From Octopus vulgaris (Eukaryota): a stretch of 64,000 bases of DNA. The stretch is taken from NCBI GenBank assembly GCA_951406725.2, contig OX597819.1:64480001-64544000 (forward strand), in the 5' to 3' direction. The position numbers and the translations under genes were made by a program. Below, piece after piece: positions 12,917 through 27,184 of this stretch. Under the pieces are notes generated by a model. That model saw nothing but the letters and a program-made list of their open reading frames with translations, searched no databases and had not been told where the DNA came from. The first letter of the stretch is position 1. Every line of letters starts with the position of its first letter.

Positions 12917-13213
12917 AAAATGTTTTGAATGGCACAACAATGCACTATAATACAGATAATGTGCTATATATACCTGTAGTAATTTAGTCATCCATAGTCT
13001 GATATGATGTTTCGGAATAATACTACATCTTCAGATATTCTTAGATGGAGTCGCTGCGACCACATCTAAGAATAGTCGCTGCGATTTCATCTAAGAATAT
13101 CCGAAGAAGGGATATTATTCAAAAATATATCAGACTATGGATGGCTAAATTACAACTGGTAAATAGCTCATTGTCTGTATTAGAGTGCATTGTTGTAGCA
13201 TTCAAAACATTTT
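12917..13213. repeat. Older fold-back inverted repeat (~140-bp arms) with a decayed minimal HHR in each arm
   Basis: aaaatgttttgaatg...tcttagatggagtcgctgcgac / gtcgctgcgatttcatctaaga...cattcaaaacatttt; minus-strand CTGAAGA (13034-13028)...CGAAACATC. Confidence 0.8.
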
Positions 13214-13253
13214 TTGCTTTACTAATTGTTAATTTTTGCTCGAATTCTTTTCT

Positions 13254-13337
<84 letters not shown>

Positions 13338-14111
13338 AAGTGAGAGAGAGAGACTGTGAAAGTGAGAGAGTTGGGAGGGACTGGTCAGAACATAATTCGG
13401 ACTAGAAATTTGCATAGTTTTCCGTCCGATAACGAAGTGATATATAATAGGCACAGAATACTACACCAGTGAAAGAAAAGTGAACGTCCGTTTAGCATAA
13501 CAGGGAGTGTACTTGTATAAAATTATGTACTTAGTTGTATTTTAAATGGTTGGACAGCAGGTAATGGGAAATTGCAAAATTATCTGAACAACGTCGAGCA
13601 AACTGCTTCCCAATTTTTAGTTACACTAATTTATGTTAAAATATTGGTTTCAAATTTTGGCTCCTGTATTAAAATGGTACTACTTATTTTACCGACCAGG
13701 TAAGTATGAAAAGCAAAGTCGACCTCGGAGGCAATTTATGCTACACAATATTAATAAGAATTTACTTTCAAAGAATCTAGTTACTAGATATAGGCATATA
13801 TAATTTTAATAAACTATATTAACTTAGAAAAGGAGACGAAATATTAAGTCATTAGTCATTTGAAATATAGAAACAACGACGGGCAAAATTACATGGAATT
13901 CGGTTCAGGTTTCTAGTCTATCCAAGGTAAATTTTTCGCATTAATCAGTAATAAAAAAAGGAACCAGCAACGTCTTGCAAGATCAGAAGATTAAATTTTA
14001 ATATTTCGTCTTCGGAAGAAAGCTATCACATCTAAAATACTTAAATATTGCTTATTATACATAATACCTATAAGATATTTTCATTTCTATAAATATCTTT
14101 TACAAATATAC

Positions 14112-14177
<66 letters not shown>

Positions 14178-14381
14178 TATAATCACACGCTCAATTATCG
14201 AGATACCAGACGAACTCACATCGCACCAGGAAGCACATACTACTTCGCTAGAATCGTTAGAGGAAAGAAACGAAAAAAACACTGAATGATGGTACTCCAG
14301 GAAGGTCACACCCTGTGGCTACAAACAGTGAACGTTAAAGCATTATAAATATGTATATGTGTGCGTGTATATGTTTATATT

Positions 14382-14428
<47 letters not shown>

Positions 14429-14889
14429 TATATGTGTATGTATATATATATATATATATAGATATATACATATACATATAGATATGCGTGTGAGCGTATG
14501 TGCTTTTTCGTGTGTGTGTGTATGCTTCAATGTATATATGCTGTGATTGTATAATAGATAGTTAAATGTTACGAAAAAGCGAAACTAATTAGTGATGTGT
14601 AAAATTCTTATTCTTCTGTAGGCGCTTGACTTTACTGTATTGCATTCGTTGATCTTGATATTTTTTACCGTTATAACTCTATATTTCTGCCAATGTGTCT
14701 GATATTTGCAATTATATCTCCTAATGTAAGCGTGTACCGTGTAGATATAAAAGTAGTGATTCTCTTATTCTCTTATACGCAACTAAAGACCAGTCTTTCA
14801 CGTTCGTTCGACGTGAAACAACATGAAGTTAATCCAATTTAAATACGTCTATTATACATACACACACATACATACATACATATATATAT

Positions 14890-15056
<167 letters not shown>

Positions 15057-15089
15057 TATATACAGTTATATATCTTATTATCATTATAT

Positions 15090-15228
15090 TGTTCTTATAC
15101 TTTTGTCAGTTATTTGACTCCGGTCATGCAGGAGCATCACCTTTAGGACGTTTTGAAGTTTCGGTCTATCAAATCCACTCATAAGGTTTGGTCAACCCAA
15201 AGAGATACTTGCCCAAGATGCCACGTGC
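15090..15228 (-). mobile_element. SINE family A fragments
   Basis: cagttatttgactccggtcatgcaggagcatc and aaatccactcataaggtttggtc...cttgcccaagatgccacg. Confidence 0.65.
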
Positions 15229-15234
15229 AGTGTG

Positions 15235-16220
15235 TTCAATTTCACTAGAATGTTCTTCGTGCCAGTCAGTAACAACTTTAGCTATGCGAATTGTTACATT
15301 ATCCTCCTGAAAGATTGCGTTTCTCTCCGGAAACATTTCCGCAACCATAGGATAAATTTGATAAGATAAAATGCTTCAAAAGTCTTGACTATTAATTTTG
15401 CCAAGAAGGGTGGCTGTTGCGCCGGCTGATTTCTAAGATAGTGTCACCCTCTCCCACCAGATCATCATACCTCCCCTTCCATGATTAACAGTTAGAAGAA
15501 GGCAGTCTGGGTGAAATGCTTCTTTTGGCTGTCTCAACACCTATACTTGACTGGTCATCAGAAATAAGATAAAGGATGACTTGTACGAGTTAAGGTTATT
15601 CATCCACTGCACTCGGAACCAATTCTGTAGGTTTTTACTCGATCTAAAAGCTTTGCAATGTTTGTTTTTGAAAGTAGTGGTGTTCTGATTGCAGTCCTTC
15701 CGCGAAATCCTGCTTTTTGCAGCTCACGGCGAACAACTTGTGGGAAACTTGGTTATCGAGGTAATCATTAAGCTTGGAGTAATTTGGGAAGCTGTACTTT
15801 TGTGATCCTTTCTAATAATTCGCGTAAAATTCCGACGGTCCCTATCGGAAAGTTTTGTCTTTCTTCCGGAGTTTTATTTCGACGGGGAGGTTTTTCTCTC
15901 TTTCTTAATGGCTGTCATTACTTTCGAGACAGTACACTAAACATTTCGGCTGCTGTTGTTACGCTAACGCCTGCCCTGCGAGTACCAGTAATTTGACCTC
16001 TTTGAAAGTCGGATAGATCTGTCATTTATGTTAATGAATTTTAAGTACAATTTTTCTGATGATATCTGAAAAGAAACAGCAATTTTATCAAAATATATTA
16101 AGCAACTCGTAATAAATCAAAACACATAAATATAAACAAGCCATTGACGGTTTTATAGACATTTCAATATTTTGATGCTATGATGTTAGGTGTTTCCATT
16201 ATTTTATCCAACCATTGTAC
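15235..16220 (-). mobile_element. Tc1-family DNA transposon remnant with disrupted transposase
   Basis: Minus-strand translation from 16025: MTDLSDFQRGQITGTRRAGVSVTTAAEMFSV; later TVNHGRGGMMIW and FQEDN; TIR-like tacaatgttggataaaataatggaaacacc at 16190-16219. Confidence 0.85.
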
Positions 16221-16371
16221 GTTGGTGCAGGAATATTTCATCTAGCGTAAAGAATATCTGACTGTGCGTAAAAATTAACAGACATCTAACAATTCTGTTC
16301 ACTCAGTGTCTCCTGCATTCCTAATTATGTTATAAGGAATATACTTTCTACCGAGAAATTTTCTTTATAAA

Positions 16372-17007
16372 GTAGCAGAGCAGGCTGGTTATCATTTTAA
16401 CCTTTTGTGTATCGTGCGAGTGTATATGTTTGTGTATGTATGTATGTATGTATGTATGTATGTATGTATGTATGTATGTATGTATGGTGTATGTATGTAT
16501 GTAAAGTCAAAATCTGTATTAGGCTTAGACATGTTCAGAAATGATGACGTTCGTATTTCTAGTTAAATATATCGTCTGCATCTATGTATAGAAGCACTTT
16601 TTACTTTTTTAAGATCTAGTAATTAATAAACAATGACGACAAAACTAAATCCCGGTAGTTTTTTCTACATTTGCCATATCGAAAACAAGCGGAGAATTCG
16701 TTACACACACACAAAAATGTACAGCTTTATAAATCGTGTTGCATCCAACATTGGAATGACTGTACACAGCATCTCCTCAAAAAATATTGTATATTGCGAT
16801 GTAATCGAGCCTTTACAGAGTAGATTTATACTTTACTATTTCAGATGTAACTGTGTGTGTTTTTTTTTTGCAGCTGGTGCAGTTTGGAGTTAAGGTTTTT
16901 GAATCCCGTATCAGCAGTTCAGGCAGATTATCATTTTAACCCTTTGTGTATCATGTGAGTGTATCTGTTTGTGTATGGTGTATGTATGTATGTTTGCTTA
17001 TATATAC

Positions 17008-17057
<50 letters not shown>

Positions 17058-17095
17058 TTATATAATATAATTTGATATAATATGATATATTATTA

Positions 17096-17126
<31 letters not shown>

Positions 17127-17165
17127 CTTATATAATATAATTTGATATAATATGATATATTATTA

Positions 17166-17230
<65 letters not shown>

Positions 17231-17900
17231 CGCGCGCGCGCATATATAGGTACAGGACATCACCAACTGTGTAAATAACATGAAATACGTAAACAACGAG
17301 ATAAAATGGAAAACAGAACAAATGGAAAACAAAAGCTGATGGGTAACATTCATCATTTCCACAGTGTTTGGAATGTGAATTTACGCATTATGATTAGGGC
17401 CTAGCGCGCTTGATGGCCTCCGTTACATGGCTTTTAATAAGACGTTAGAAAACGAACGTGATTAGTTTTAAAATCTGCTTATAATACTTACTAAACTCAA
17501 AATCTGTATTAAGCTTAGTCATGTTCAGAAATGATGACATTCTTATTTCTAATTAAATATATCGTCTGCATCTATGTAAAGAAGCACTTTTTTACTTTTT
17601 TAAGATCTAGTAATTAAGAAACAGTGAAGACAAAACCAAATTCCACTAATTTTCTCTATACTTGCCATATCGGAAACAAGCGAAGAAATCGTTACACCCA
17701 CAAAAACGTACAGCTTTATAAATCGTGTTGCATCCAACATTAGAATGAGTGTTCACAGCATCTCATCAAAGAAAATTGTAAATTGCGATGTAATTGAGCC
17801 TTTACACTGTAGATTTATGCTTTAGTATTTCAAATGTAACTGTGTTTTTTTGCAACTGGTGCAGTTTGGAGTTAAGGATTTTGAATCCCGTATCAGCAGA
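16372..17900 (+). repeat. Local tandem duplication (16503-16916 vs 17494-17899; 16372-16437 vs 16911-16977)
   Basis: Highly similar blocks starting tcaaaatctgtatta.gcttag and ending gaatcccgtatcagcag. Confidence 0.85.
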
Positions 17901-18569
17901 TGAGCTCTCTAGTTTTTCCATTCTTCTTTATGGTATGCATGTTTGTTCTCTCTATTAAATATCTTAATGACAATAATCTGTGAGATATGTTTTCGCAGAA
18001 AAAAGTACATGTATGCATGCATGTATGTATTTATGTATCCATGCATGGATTTGAACTTTCAGTTCTTGAAATTTAATAAACACTGTTGAGTTTACAGCAG
18101 GAAGTAAATATTGTCGAGCACAGCAATCACTAAATGTACTCGCGAACTCTATCCACGAAATTTCAGGCAGTGTGCAATAGTAGAAAACATAGAAAACATT
18201 AATATTGGTATTATTTTTATCGTTGCTTTATGGTGGATAGGCTATGGGGAAAACTCCTTTTTTTCTGCATTGTTTTTTACTAAATGCACCTAAACACCTC
18301 TCTATTAGCATCTAAGTATTGCTATATTTCGTTCTATTTCAATAAAACTGCAGATTCAGATTAGGAATGGTTCCAAGTGCAGTGTTTGTATAAAAAATAG
18401 AACCCAAATGAGATTTAAATTTCACAATGTCTGTTTCAGCAGTATATTATTGATAAACTCTTAGATTACATCATAAGCAAAAATCTTTAGCTGATTTTAA
18501 AGAAACCAAGTGGTAATCTGGAAAATCTAAGCTCACAATGTTATATAATGACGTGTGGCGTGTATGCTG

Positions 18570-19255
18570 CAGTCCCAAGAAAGGGAAGAATGCTAATGCT
18601 ATGTAGTCCCATGAAACACCGTTTCCAGTAGCCTATGTGAGCTGGAGGTTGATGGATGGGGAGGTGGGAGAAGACAAAGTGGAACTCTGGGAGAGGGAGG
18701 TTGCAGGGGATGGAGTTAGAGATTAGGAAGGAGGTGGGGGAGGAGATATCGGTCGTTAAGGACGTGATGTGATCTATGAGGATATCGATGGCCGGAGAGC
18801 GAGGAGTACAGAGGTGTAGAGGGAGACTATATCTAAACTAAAATGGTTTTTGCTAGTTTTAAGTAAGCAAGGGTAGATATATTTGAGTCTTGTGAAAATT
18901 TTGTGGGAGCTTCTGGCGTGTCCGGGTACTGTGTGTAGTAATGGCTTGAGGCGTTTAGAGAGGAGCAAAAAATCTTATAGAAAGGACAATTAACTCCTGA
19001 TAATATGGGTCTAATTTTAAGATTAGGTTCGTGTTTGTGGGTTTTCACTAAATTTTAGAAGAATGGAAGGGTGGTGATGTTAGATGTGTAGTTCAGTTTA
19101 GTCTTCTTAGTCAGTTTCCTTTTGACAAAGGTTGATCCAGCTGGTGTTGATGCTTGACTCCAGTTGGTGAGGTGTGATGTTGTGAATCTTTTCGTATGGT
19201 GTGTTGTCACTCAGGTGTTCGATATCTAGTTCGTTGTAGGCGGGTTTGTCTATAA
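18570..19255 (-). pseudogene. Penelope-like element reverse transcriptase fragment with downstream sequence
   Basis: Frameshifted motifs DKPAYNE..HLSDNTPYEK, KTHKHEPNLKIRPILSGVNCPFYKI, LKPLLHTVPGH, FSLDIVSLYTSV, typical of PLE RT; abuts (TA)n. Confidence 0.85.
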
Positions 19256-19270
19256 TGCAGAATTAGATAG

Positions 19271-19331
<61 letters not shown>

Positions 19332-19893
19332 TAGGAATGAAATATTTTCTCCGGTATCTTCAGCAGCTTATAAATAGATATTCCTAATTTCAGAACTCCA
19401 CCAATTCTTGCAACAATTTTCTTAATTCCTGGATGTTGCAAATGTAATTGGCTGGTAACTTCATCTTACATTTTCGCCCTTTAATATTTGCTATCATCCT
19501 TTAATATTTTCACTAGTTAAGGTTCAGTTAAGTAGCGCCATCTATATAATCGATTCTGCAGGCTCCCAATCGCTATTTGTTGCCAAGAGCCTTTTGCAGC
19601 AATAATGATTGTTAAATTCTCTGAAGGGACTAGAATTAATATTTGAAATATTTAAGTCTTTCATTTTACTTATTGATACTAGAGGGTGAAATTTACTTTG
19701 TATCGTATGCATGTTTACTTTCGAATTCCTTCTACCAGTTATGCAGTAGCAGCAACGATAAAACCGACTACAGTCCACGCAAAACTGTAAGGGCCTCGAA
19801 TAAATTAACAATACGAATATAGCTTCAAATTCCTTATAGATTTCAAATATTCTGATATTCATAAGCAACATGAATAGCAGCAGCAGCGGCAGC

Positions 19894-19928
<35 letters not shown>

Positions 19929-20090
19929 CAGTGGTGGTGGTGTTGGTGGTGGTGGTGTTGGTGGCGGTGGTTATGGTTGTCGTGGTAGTAGTGGTGGTGT
20001 TGGTGGTGTTGCTCCCGTGGTAGTAGTATAACTACTAATGTAATTGGACGGCCACCAAACAGAATCGGTGGCACGTCTTACAAAATACAT

Positions 20091-20310
20091 ACCTATTTCT
20101 TTACTACCCACAAGGGGCTAAACACAGAGAGGACAAACAAGGACAGACAGACGGATTAAGTCGATTATATAACTGGTACTTAATTTATCGACCCCGAAAG
20201 GATGAAAGGCAAAGTCGACCTCGGCGGAATTTGAACTCAGAACATAACGGCAGACGAAATACGGCTACGCATTTCGCGAGGCGTGCTAACGATTCTGCCA
20301 GCTCGCCGGC
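20091..20310 (-). mobile_element. tRNA-derived SINE family B, nested in an older + strand copy (20045-20490)
   Basis: Minus strand: cgagctggcagaatcgttagcacg...gagttcaaattccgccgaggtcgactttgcctttcatcctttcggggtcgataaattaagtaccag. Confidence 0.85.
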
Positions 20311-20669
20311 TTTACGGCTACGCACCGGCATTTCGTCCCTCAACGTTCTGCAGTTCAGATTCTGCGGGGGAGAATTTTGACTTTCATATATTCGGGGGTC
20401 AATAATATGAGTATCATTTGAACAATGGGGTCGATCTAATCGACTTACCTCTCCCGACAAGACTACTGACCTTGTGTCAAAATTTGAAATTATTATTATT
20501 ATTTTTTCTATTACTATTTTATTACTATATTATTTTACTTCTCAGTGCCATCGAACTTACTTGCTCCAGTTAATTCTGTGAAAGCGTATCGGAATATGTC
20601 GTCAAATGTCGCTCGCAGGGTCTCGCAGGTTCTCGTATGGTCCCTACTCGAATTATAAAACTTGTATCT

Positions 20670-20932
20670 CGATAAAGTGATAGTATATTGTCAACTTAAT
20701 GTTGAAAGTCCCATGAAAGGAGACAATGCTACTGTTATTTATCTCTAGGAAACGCCGTTTCCTGTTGGACTTGTCACATTTCATGTGTTCTTATATTTTC
20801 AAAATGAACATAAGGACTTAAAAATCTGTCAAGTCGCACAGGAAACGGTGATTCCTATGGCTAAATAACAGTAGCATTCTTCCCTTTTATAGGACTGTTA
20901 CATTAAGTCAACAACATACTATCACTTTATCG
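20670..20932. repeat. Diverged fold-back inverted repeat (~130-bp arms) related to the PLE downstream sequence
   Basis: cgataaagtgatagtat... / ...atactatcactttatcg; arm motif agtcccatgaaaggagacaatgctactg...ggaaacgccgtttcc matches 18571-18628. Confidence 0.8.
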
Positions 20933-20989
20933 TGCTGCTACTGCATAAATCACTCTGCAAGATTTAGAAATGTAGTATCTCTATTGTAT

Positions 20990-21315
20990 CTCGATGTGAA
21001 GTATCGAGGAAGATACTGAACACCCAAGTACTAACCTTAAAGTTCTCGATGGCCCAATAGTGCAGTTTTTGTGAATTTTCAACCTGCATATGAATTCCTG
21101 TTTCTCCGACATAATTTTCGAACTTGGTTGTTAGTGTTCCAAGTGCCCCTAAAACTACTGCGACGACAGTTGCAATTTTCCAATGCTTATATACAGACAA
21201 TTTCGTCTCTGAGTAAATTGTATATTTCCAAGTTTTCTAACTCTTTGTCGACTATGTATGCGTCTCCCTCTATAGCAATATATATAATCTTAGTTTTCTT
21301 TTTTCTTTTATCTAC
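20990..21315 (-). pseudogene. R4/Dong-type non-LTR retrotransposon 3' fragment (RLE domain)
   Basis: VVAVVLGALGTLTTKFENYV and downstream helix; adjacent to (ATT)n. Confidence 0.7.
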
Positions 21316-21404
21316 AAAAAATCTGGTCTTCATTATTACTAATATTATTACTATTATCATCATTATTATTATTGTTGTTGTTGTTGTTGTTATTATTATT
21401 TATT

Positions 21405-22570
21405 CATTCTCTTTGCACAGATTCTAATACTGGAGTTGTACTACGGTGTCAACTGTTCACTACTAGTGAACTAAGGCAATACAACTTACTTTTCGAGCAC
21501 CATCTGGAGCATTCCAAGCAGTGCTGATTTCTGCAAATTATGCACCCTTATGGCAGCCCCTATTTGTTCCATGTACTTCTCAAGATTTTTACTCACTCTT
21601 CCCAGGGCTCCGACTATTATTCGTACTACTATCACCTTTTTCATCGACCACAACTGCATAACCTCTTAAGCTAACATGTCATATCTATCGGGGCATGCTA
21701 TATCTATGACCCAGCATCGTTTCCCTTCATTCTCAATAAGCACTATGTCTGGCTTCCTATTCTCTATCTCATGGATCCACTGAATCCTAAAATCCCATTG
21801 GATCTTTGCATTATCATTTTCGATGATGCCTTCGGGGTTATATTATTACTAATATTTTAGTTTGCCAAGTGCGTAATTGTTGCCAAATATCTAATGGACA
21901 ATTCATTCTACACTGTCCTGACGCCTCTTATATTCTTTCTGAGCTACCGGCGTACATTCACTGGTAATATGCCATACGGTTTCACCATTGTGCGCACAAA
22001 CTATACACTTATCTTTTTCTGTGTTGTCTATTCTGTATTTGCTGCAGTCCATTCTTAATGCTTGCTCTTGGGCAGCACAGATTAGAGAATCTGTTTCCGG
22101 TTTTAAATCACTTGTAGCCATCCATAGTCATCTTCTTTTTCTGTCTATCTTCAACATTCCTATGAAATTGTCCATGCATTCTTTTTTATTATCCACCTAT
22201 CTTTTTAGTTCCATTCATTCTCAAGTGTTTGTACAGTGCTTTAAGTTTTCAAGCTTCCATCCTACACAAGACTGACCTTACTTTCAATAATAGCGGTCGT
22301 GTGGCATTTTTTTGTTACATACCATGCTATGTTGTTCTCTTCTGCTCTAATGCTGCGTTGGCATCCAGTCAGTCCTTTTACCCCTTTTTCTTGGTACATA
22401 CAGTCTGCCTGTATCACTTTTTGGGTGGAGCGACCCATATCTGGTCAGCAACTTCCTTGTCTTTCTGACCAAGCTCCTCAGTTCGTCTACTGTCCATGCG
22501 ATTACCCCCCGCTCCATATATAATGAATGAAACAGCCCATGTGTTGATAGCTTCAATCTAATTAATATTA
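21405..22570 (-). pseudogene. R4/Dong-type non-LTR retrotransposon, 3' half
   Basis: WTVDELRSLVRKTRKLL...LHPKSDTGRLYVPRK; LKPETDSLICAAQEQAL; CCHC knuckle C..C....ETVWHITSEC; RKPDIV RLE motif; IIVGALG; flanked by (TAA)n. Confidence 0.9.
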
Positions 22571-22574
22571 TTAC

Positions 22575-22578
22575 TCTT

Positions 22579-22656
<78 letters not shown>

Positions 22657-22709
22657 GTTATTATTATTATCATTATTATTATTATTAATATCATTATTAT
22701 TATTATTAT

Positions 22710-22766
<57 letters not shown>

Positions 22767-22800
22767 CAGTAGTAGTAGTAGTAGTAGTAGCAGTAGTGGT
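22575..22800. repeat. Compound trinucleotide microsatellite (CTT)n(ATT)n(AGT)n
   Basis: Directly visible. Confidence 0.95.
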
Positions 22801-23510
22801 AACGACAGGAACATTTGAGGATATGGCAATTGTAGTTAGTTGGTGAATGATTTGACTGAAAGTAATAAGAAATACAAGTAGTAAAAGTCGTAGAGGGAGA
22901 CAGCGTGGCATTTCTGAATGAATTAGGAAATGTAAACGCCGTCATCAGAAATCTTATGCATATATATACGTAGGTATAAATATATGCATTCAATAAATCT
23001 ATATATAAACACTTAAAACACGTATTGAAATTCACAGAAGTAATTTCATACAGATGCGTATGTGTATGAATTACTTACAAAGACACACACACACACAAAC
23101 ACATACACACATATATATCTATATGCCTGGTAATCAAGCGAATATATACATAGTTACAAAACATCAAAACACTGTGTACTATAGATGAAAAAAAAAAAGG
23201 ATGTGGAAGAAACATAAAAGATTAATAAAATGCAAGAACAAAAATTTTAAGATGCATGTATAATACGCTTTCGGCTAACACATAAATCTAAAGACGAAAA
23301 TGAATGAAGAAGTAAAGAGATCATATGGGAAGTTGATTAATAGGAAATGATTCTAATGAGAAATAGCCAGTGGCGATGTTGAAGCAAATGAAAGTGAACA
23401 ATCTAACATGTTATAACTAACTTTTTCTCTAATTATCTAGTCATCTACCATCATACCCGGACACACAGACATCTCCATACAAACATGTATTCTCACGCTT
23501 TATATATATG

Positions 23511-23543
<33 letters not shown>

Positions 23544-23629
23544 CTGTATATAAACGCATACATACATAAATATATATATATGTATATGCGTGTATTTGTA
23601 CACATATATATGTGTGTGTGTGTGTGTGG

Positions 23630-23670
<41 letters not shown>

Positions 23671-24138
23671 CATACATATATGCACACACATATGTATATT
23701 CACTTGCATCTTTATTATGTTTGTGTATACCAGTGTGTGTATGTGTGTTTATCAGCTGTTTCATGCTCCGATATGTTCTTACAGATGTACGTGTATATGT
23801 ATGTGTGTGAGAGTATGTGCGTCTGTGTGTGCGTGTACGTGTGTGCGTATTTGCATTTATACTTTTACGTATGCATCGCGGAAATATTCATTGTTATATT
23901 CCGTGAATAAAATTAAACATAACATCATTTCCCTAGTTCTGAACAAAATAACGAGGGAAGGTAACTCCCACTGATGGTGACATATATACATACATGCTTA
24001 AGCACTAAGCCTTTCAACCACTTCAATTTTGCTCCCTATTTCATTTATTTTCAATTGCTTGCATGAACATATGTCTGTATACGTAAATGTTATATGTGTT
24101 TTTGTGTGTCTATGTGTATACATACATACATACATACA

Positions 24139-24169
<31 letters not shown>

Positions 24170-24170
<1 letters not shown>

Positions 24171-24335
24171 CATAAATAAATACATATAGTTCTATATTTA
24201 AGAGATGAGGAAATATGTACATTATTTACAATATTTACATTTCACGGATATTTGTCCTCATCTTGTTTGTTGTTAACACAACGTTTCGGCTGATATACCC
24301 TCCAACTTTCATGCGTTAACTTGAGGAAATTTCGA
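24170..24335 (-). mobile_element. PLE-type terminal fragment with 3' half of a minimal HHR
   Basis: Minus strand gaaagttgg-agggtata-tcagcc-GAAAC-GTT-gtg; CTGA core missing. Confidence 0.4.
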
Positions 24336-24454
24336 ACTTGTGCATTTGGCGTACTGGTTAAGAGAGCTGGATACTAACCCCAAGATTCCGAGTTCTGTTC
24401 CGAGCAGTGACCTCAATAATAATAAAAACAACAACAACAACAACAACAACAACA

Positions 24455-24503
<49 letters not shown>

Positions 24504-24550
24504 AGATATATATATATATATATATATGTATGCATATGTATACATACATG

Positions 24551-24660
<110 letters not shown>

Positions 24661-25339
24661 CATACATATACATATATTTGTGTGTAATTGCAATTACGCG
24701 GCGATTCTATGATCCTCACGACTCCAGAAATCCCGAAATTGATCTTATCAATTTAATATTATATTCAGGTCTCTCCTGACTCTTGAAATGCAAACGCGGA
24801 TACAGAGTCTCGTGAGAACATATACATAATTATATGGAAAGTGGGTGATATATTTCAGCGTTTGCTTTGTACCGTACATTAAAGCCATCTTCTCGAAAGC
24901 TCCAACTAATGTTAAGTTCTATCAGGCATTAAAATTATGACACTTAGGATGATGAATATATCGCTACAAAAGAGCACTACTCTTTTCAGTAATGCATATT
25001 CGACAAACAGGGAAACTATTAAAATCTGCAACACCCGTAATTATTACAATTGATGTTCTTCGATATTTTATAACTGCCGAAATTAGACCTCAGCTCACCT
25101 TCCTATTTCATTTACTTCTTTTCCTCCTAATTGTTCTTAAATTCTGCTCTCTTACTATCCAGAATATCATATTTTTCATGCCTTCCTAACGAATTCGAAT
25201 AAAAATTAATAATAATTTCTAAATTATTTGAAATGATTACCCAGTTGTGTTTTTAGTGATTCACTTTGCTCATGTCTCTAAAAACAAATGCCTTGAACAA
25301 TTGCGAGCTGCCTACAATTATTGATACATCAGAGACATG

Positions 25340-25750
25340 AACTACTAAAGAAAAATTATTCTAAATAAATTAAGATCAACAAAAGACGCCATGGAAACGA
25401 AAATACTGAATATTAACAAAATGGAGGAGTAGCAACAGATTGTATCTGGAAAATACAAACTCTGAAACGATCTTATGCGGGACATGTGTTTAGAAGAAAG
25501 GACAATACATGGAATAGCAAATTGAAAAGGGGGCGCCACGTCCTGAGAAAAGAAAGGGAAAACCCTGCTTAAGTTTGAATGAAGGCTTTGTTAAATTATT
25601 CGATATCAAAATATACAAGAAAATATCAAACAGTGGACAGAACATTAAAAAGGATGAAGAATGTTGATTAAATTTTACCGAAATTGCTTACGAAGGAAGC
25701 CTTTGTGAAGAAAGTCCCTATCAATGTCTGTGTGCCGTAACTGGGTCATA
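25340..25750 (+). pseudogene. RTE-clade LINE 3' remnant
   Basis: AMETKILNI and IQTLKRSYAGHV resemble the RTE AMERxML...LKWxWAGHV motif. Confidence 0.55.
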
Positions 25751-25909
25751 AGCCATACCTGCAACCATCCAATAATTGTTTGAACTTTACCTACATTGAT
25801 CATCATAAAACTATTAGTATACTAATGTTCATTTATATACTAATATATTTTATCCTTTTCTAAAATTCTATTAAGAGTTTTAATATATACATATACGTAC
25901 ACTTGTGTG

Positions 25910-25958
<49 letters not shown>

Positions 25959-26303
25959 TTGTGTGTGTGTATGCGTGTGTATGTATGCATGTATGTGTGT
26001 GTGTATGTATACGTTTCTGTGTGTGGGCGTTTGTCTGTCTGTATTTATGTATGCATTTATATACATAGTGTGGATATATATATGTATTTATTTAATTACA
26101 TGCCTGTATCAATATATTAATATATACATGAATACAAGTACTTAAATTTAATTTTAAAAAACAAACCATTGACTGCATTTACGGTGGCATACAAGTGTAT
26201 GCGTGTGCATTCTCGTCTAAGTAGATGTAAGTCTACATAGACACTTATCACATGCTAATAAACACTCACATATACACATGAAGCCATATATATATATATA
26301 TAT

Positions 26304-26340
<37 letters not shown>

Positions 26341-26706
26341 CATACGTTTCAATTTCTTGCACAGGTTTTTCAAATGAGTCAACACTTAATCGCTGAAAAT
26401 GAAAATCGAAATTCCTCAAGAATCTTTATCAAAAGAAGGAAGTGGTGTCTATTTGCATACTTGAGCATAAGAATGGAATGGTTCGTCAGTAGACTCTCCT
26501 CATCAAGCAATTCTTATTAAAGTGTAGATTTGGCTTCCTTTTGTTCAAGAAATTCTGGAATATCGTAATCGAGTTAAATGAAAGCTACTCAAATATGAAG
26601 TACTGCAGAAAACGTGTCTGAAATTTTTGTGTGTACAAAAGCTACCAAGCATATACATATACATACATACATTCACACACACACAGACATACATACTTAC
26701 ATACAT

Positions 26707-26763
<57 letters not shown>

Positions 26764-27104
26764 TATACATATATATATTTGTACGTACGTATGTATAAAT
26801 ACACACACACACACACATATATATATATAAATATATGTATACATGTATATACGTATATATATACATATTTATATTCATATATACACCTATGTATATGTGT
26901 GTGTGCGCACCCGCGCTATTGCTTACACGCTTATATACAATCATATATATATATGTATATATATATATGTGCATATATATGTTTATCTATATGTATATAC
27001 ATATATATAGGTATATATATATATATATATATTAATATACAGACATGTATACATGTGCGTCTGTGCACGCGCACGCGTGTTTTTGCGTACGCGCTTACAT
27101 ACAA

Positions 27105-27184
<80 letters not shown>

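Noticed and set aside
25098-25190. Minus-strand AG...GTGAGC exon-like segment
   Set aside because: Stop codons in all three frames.
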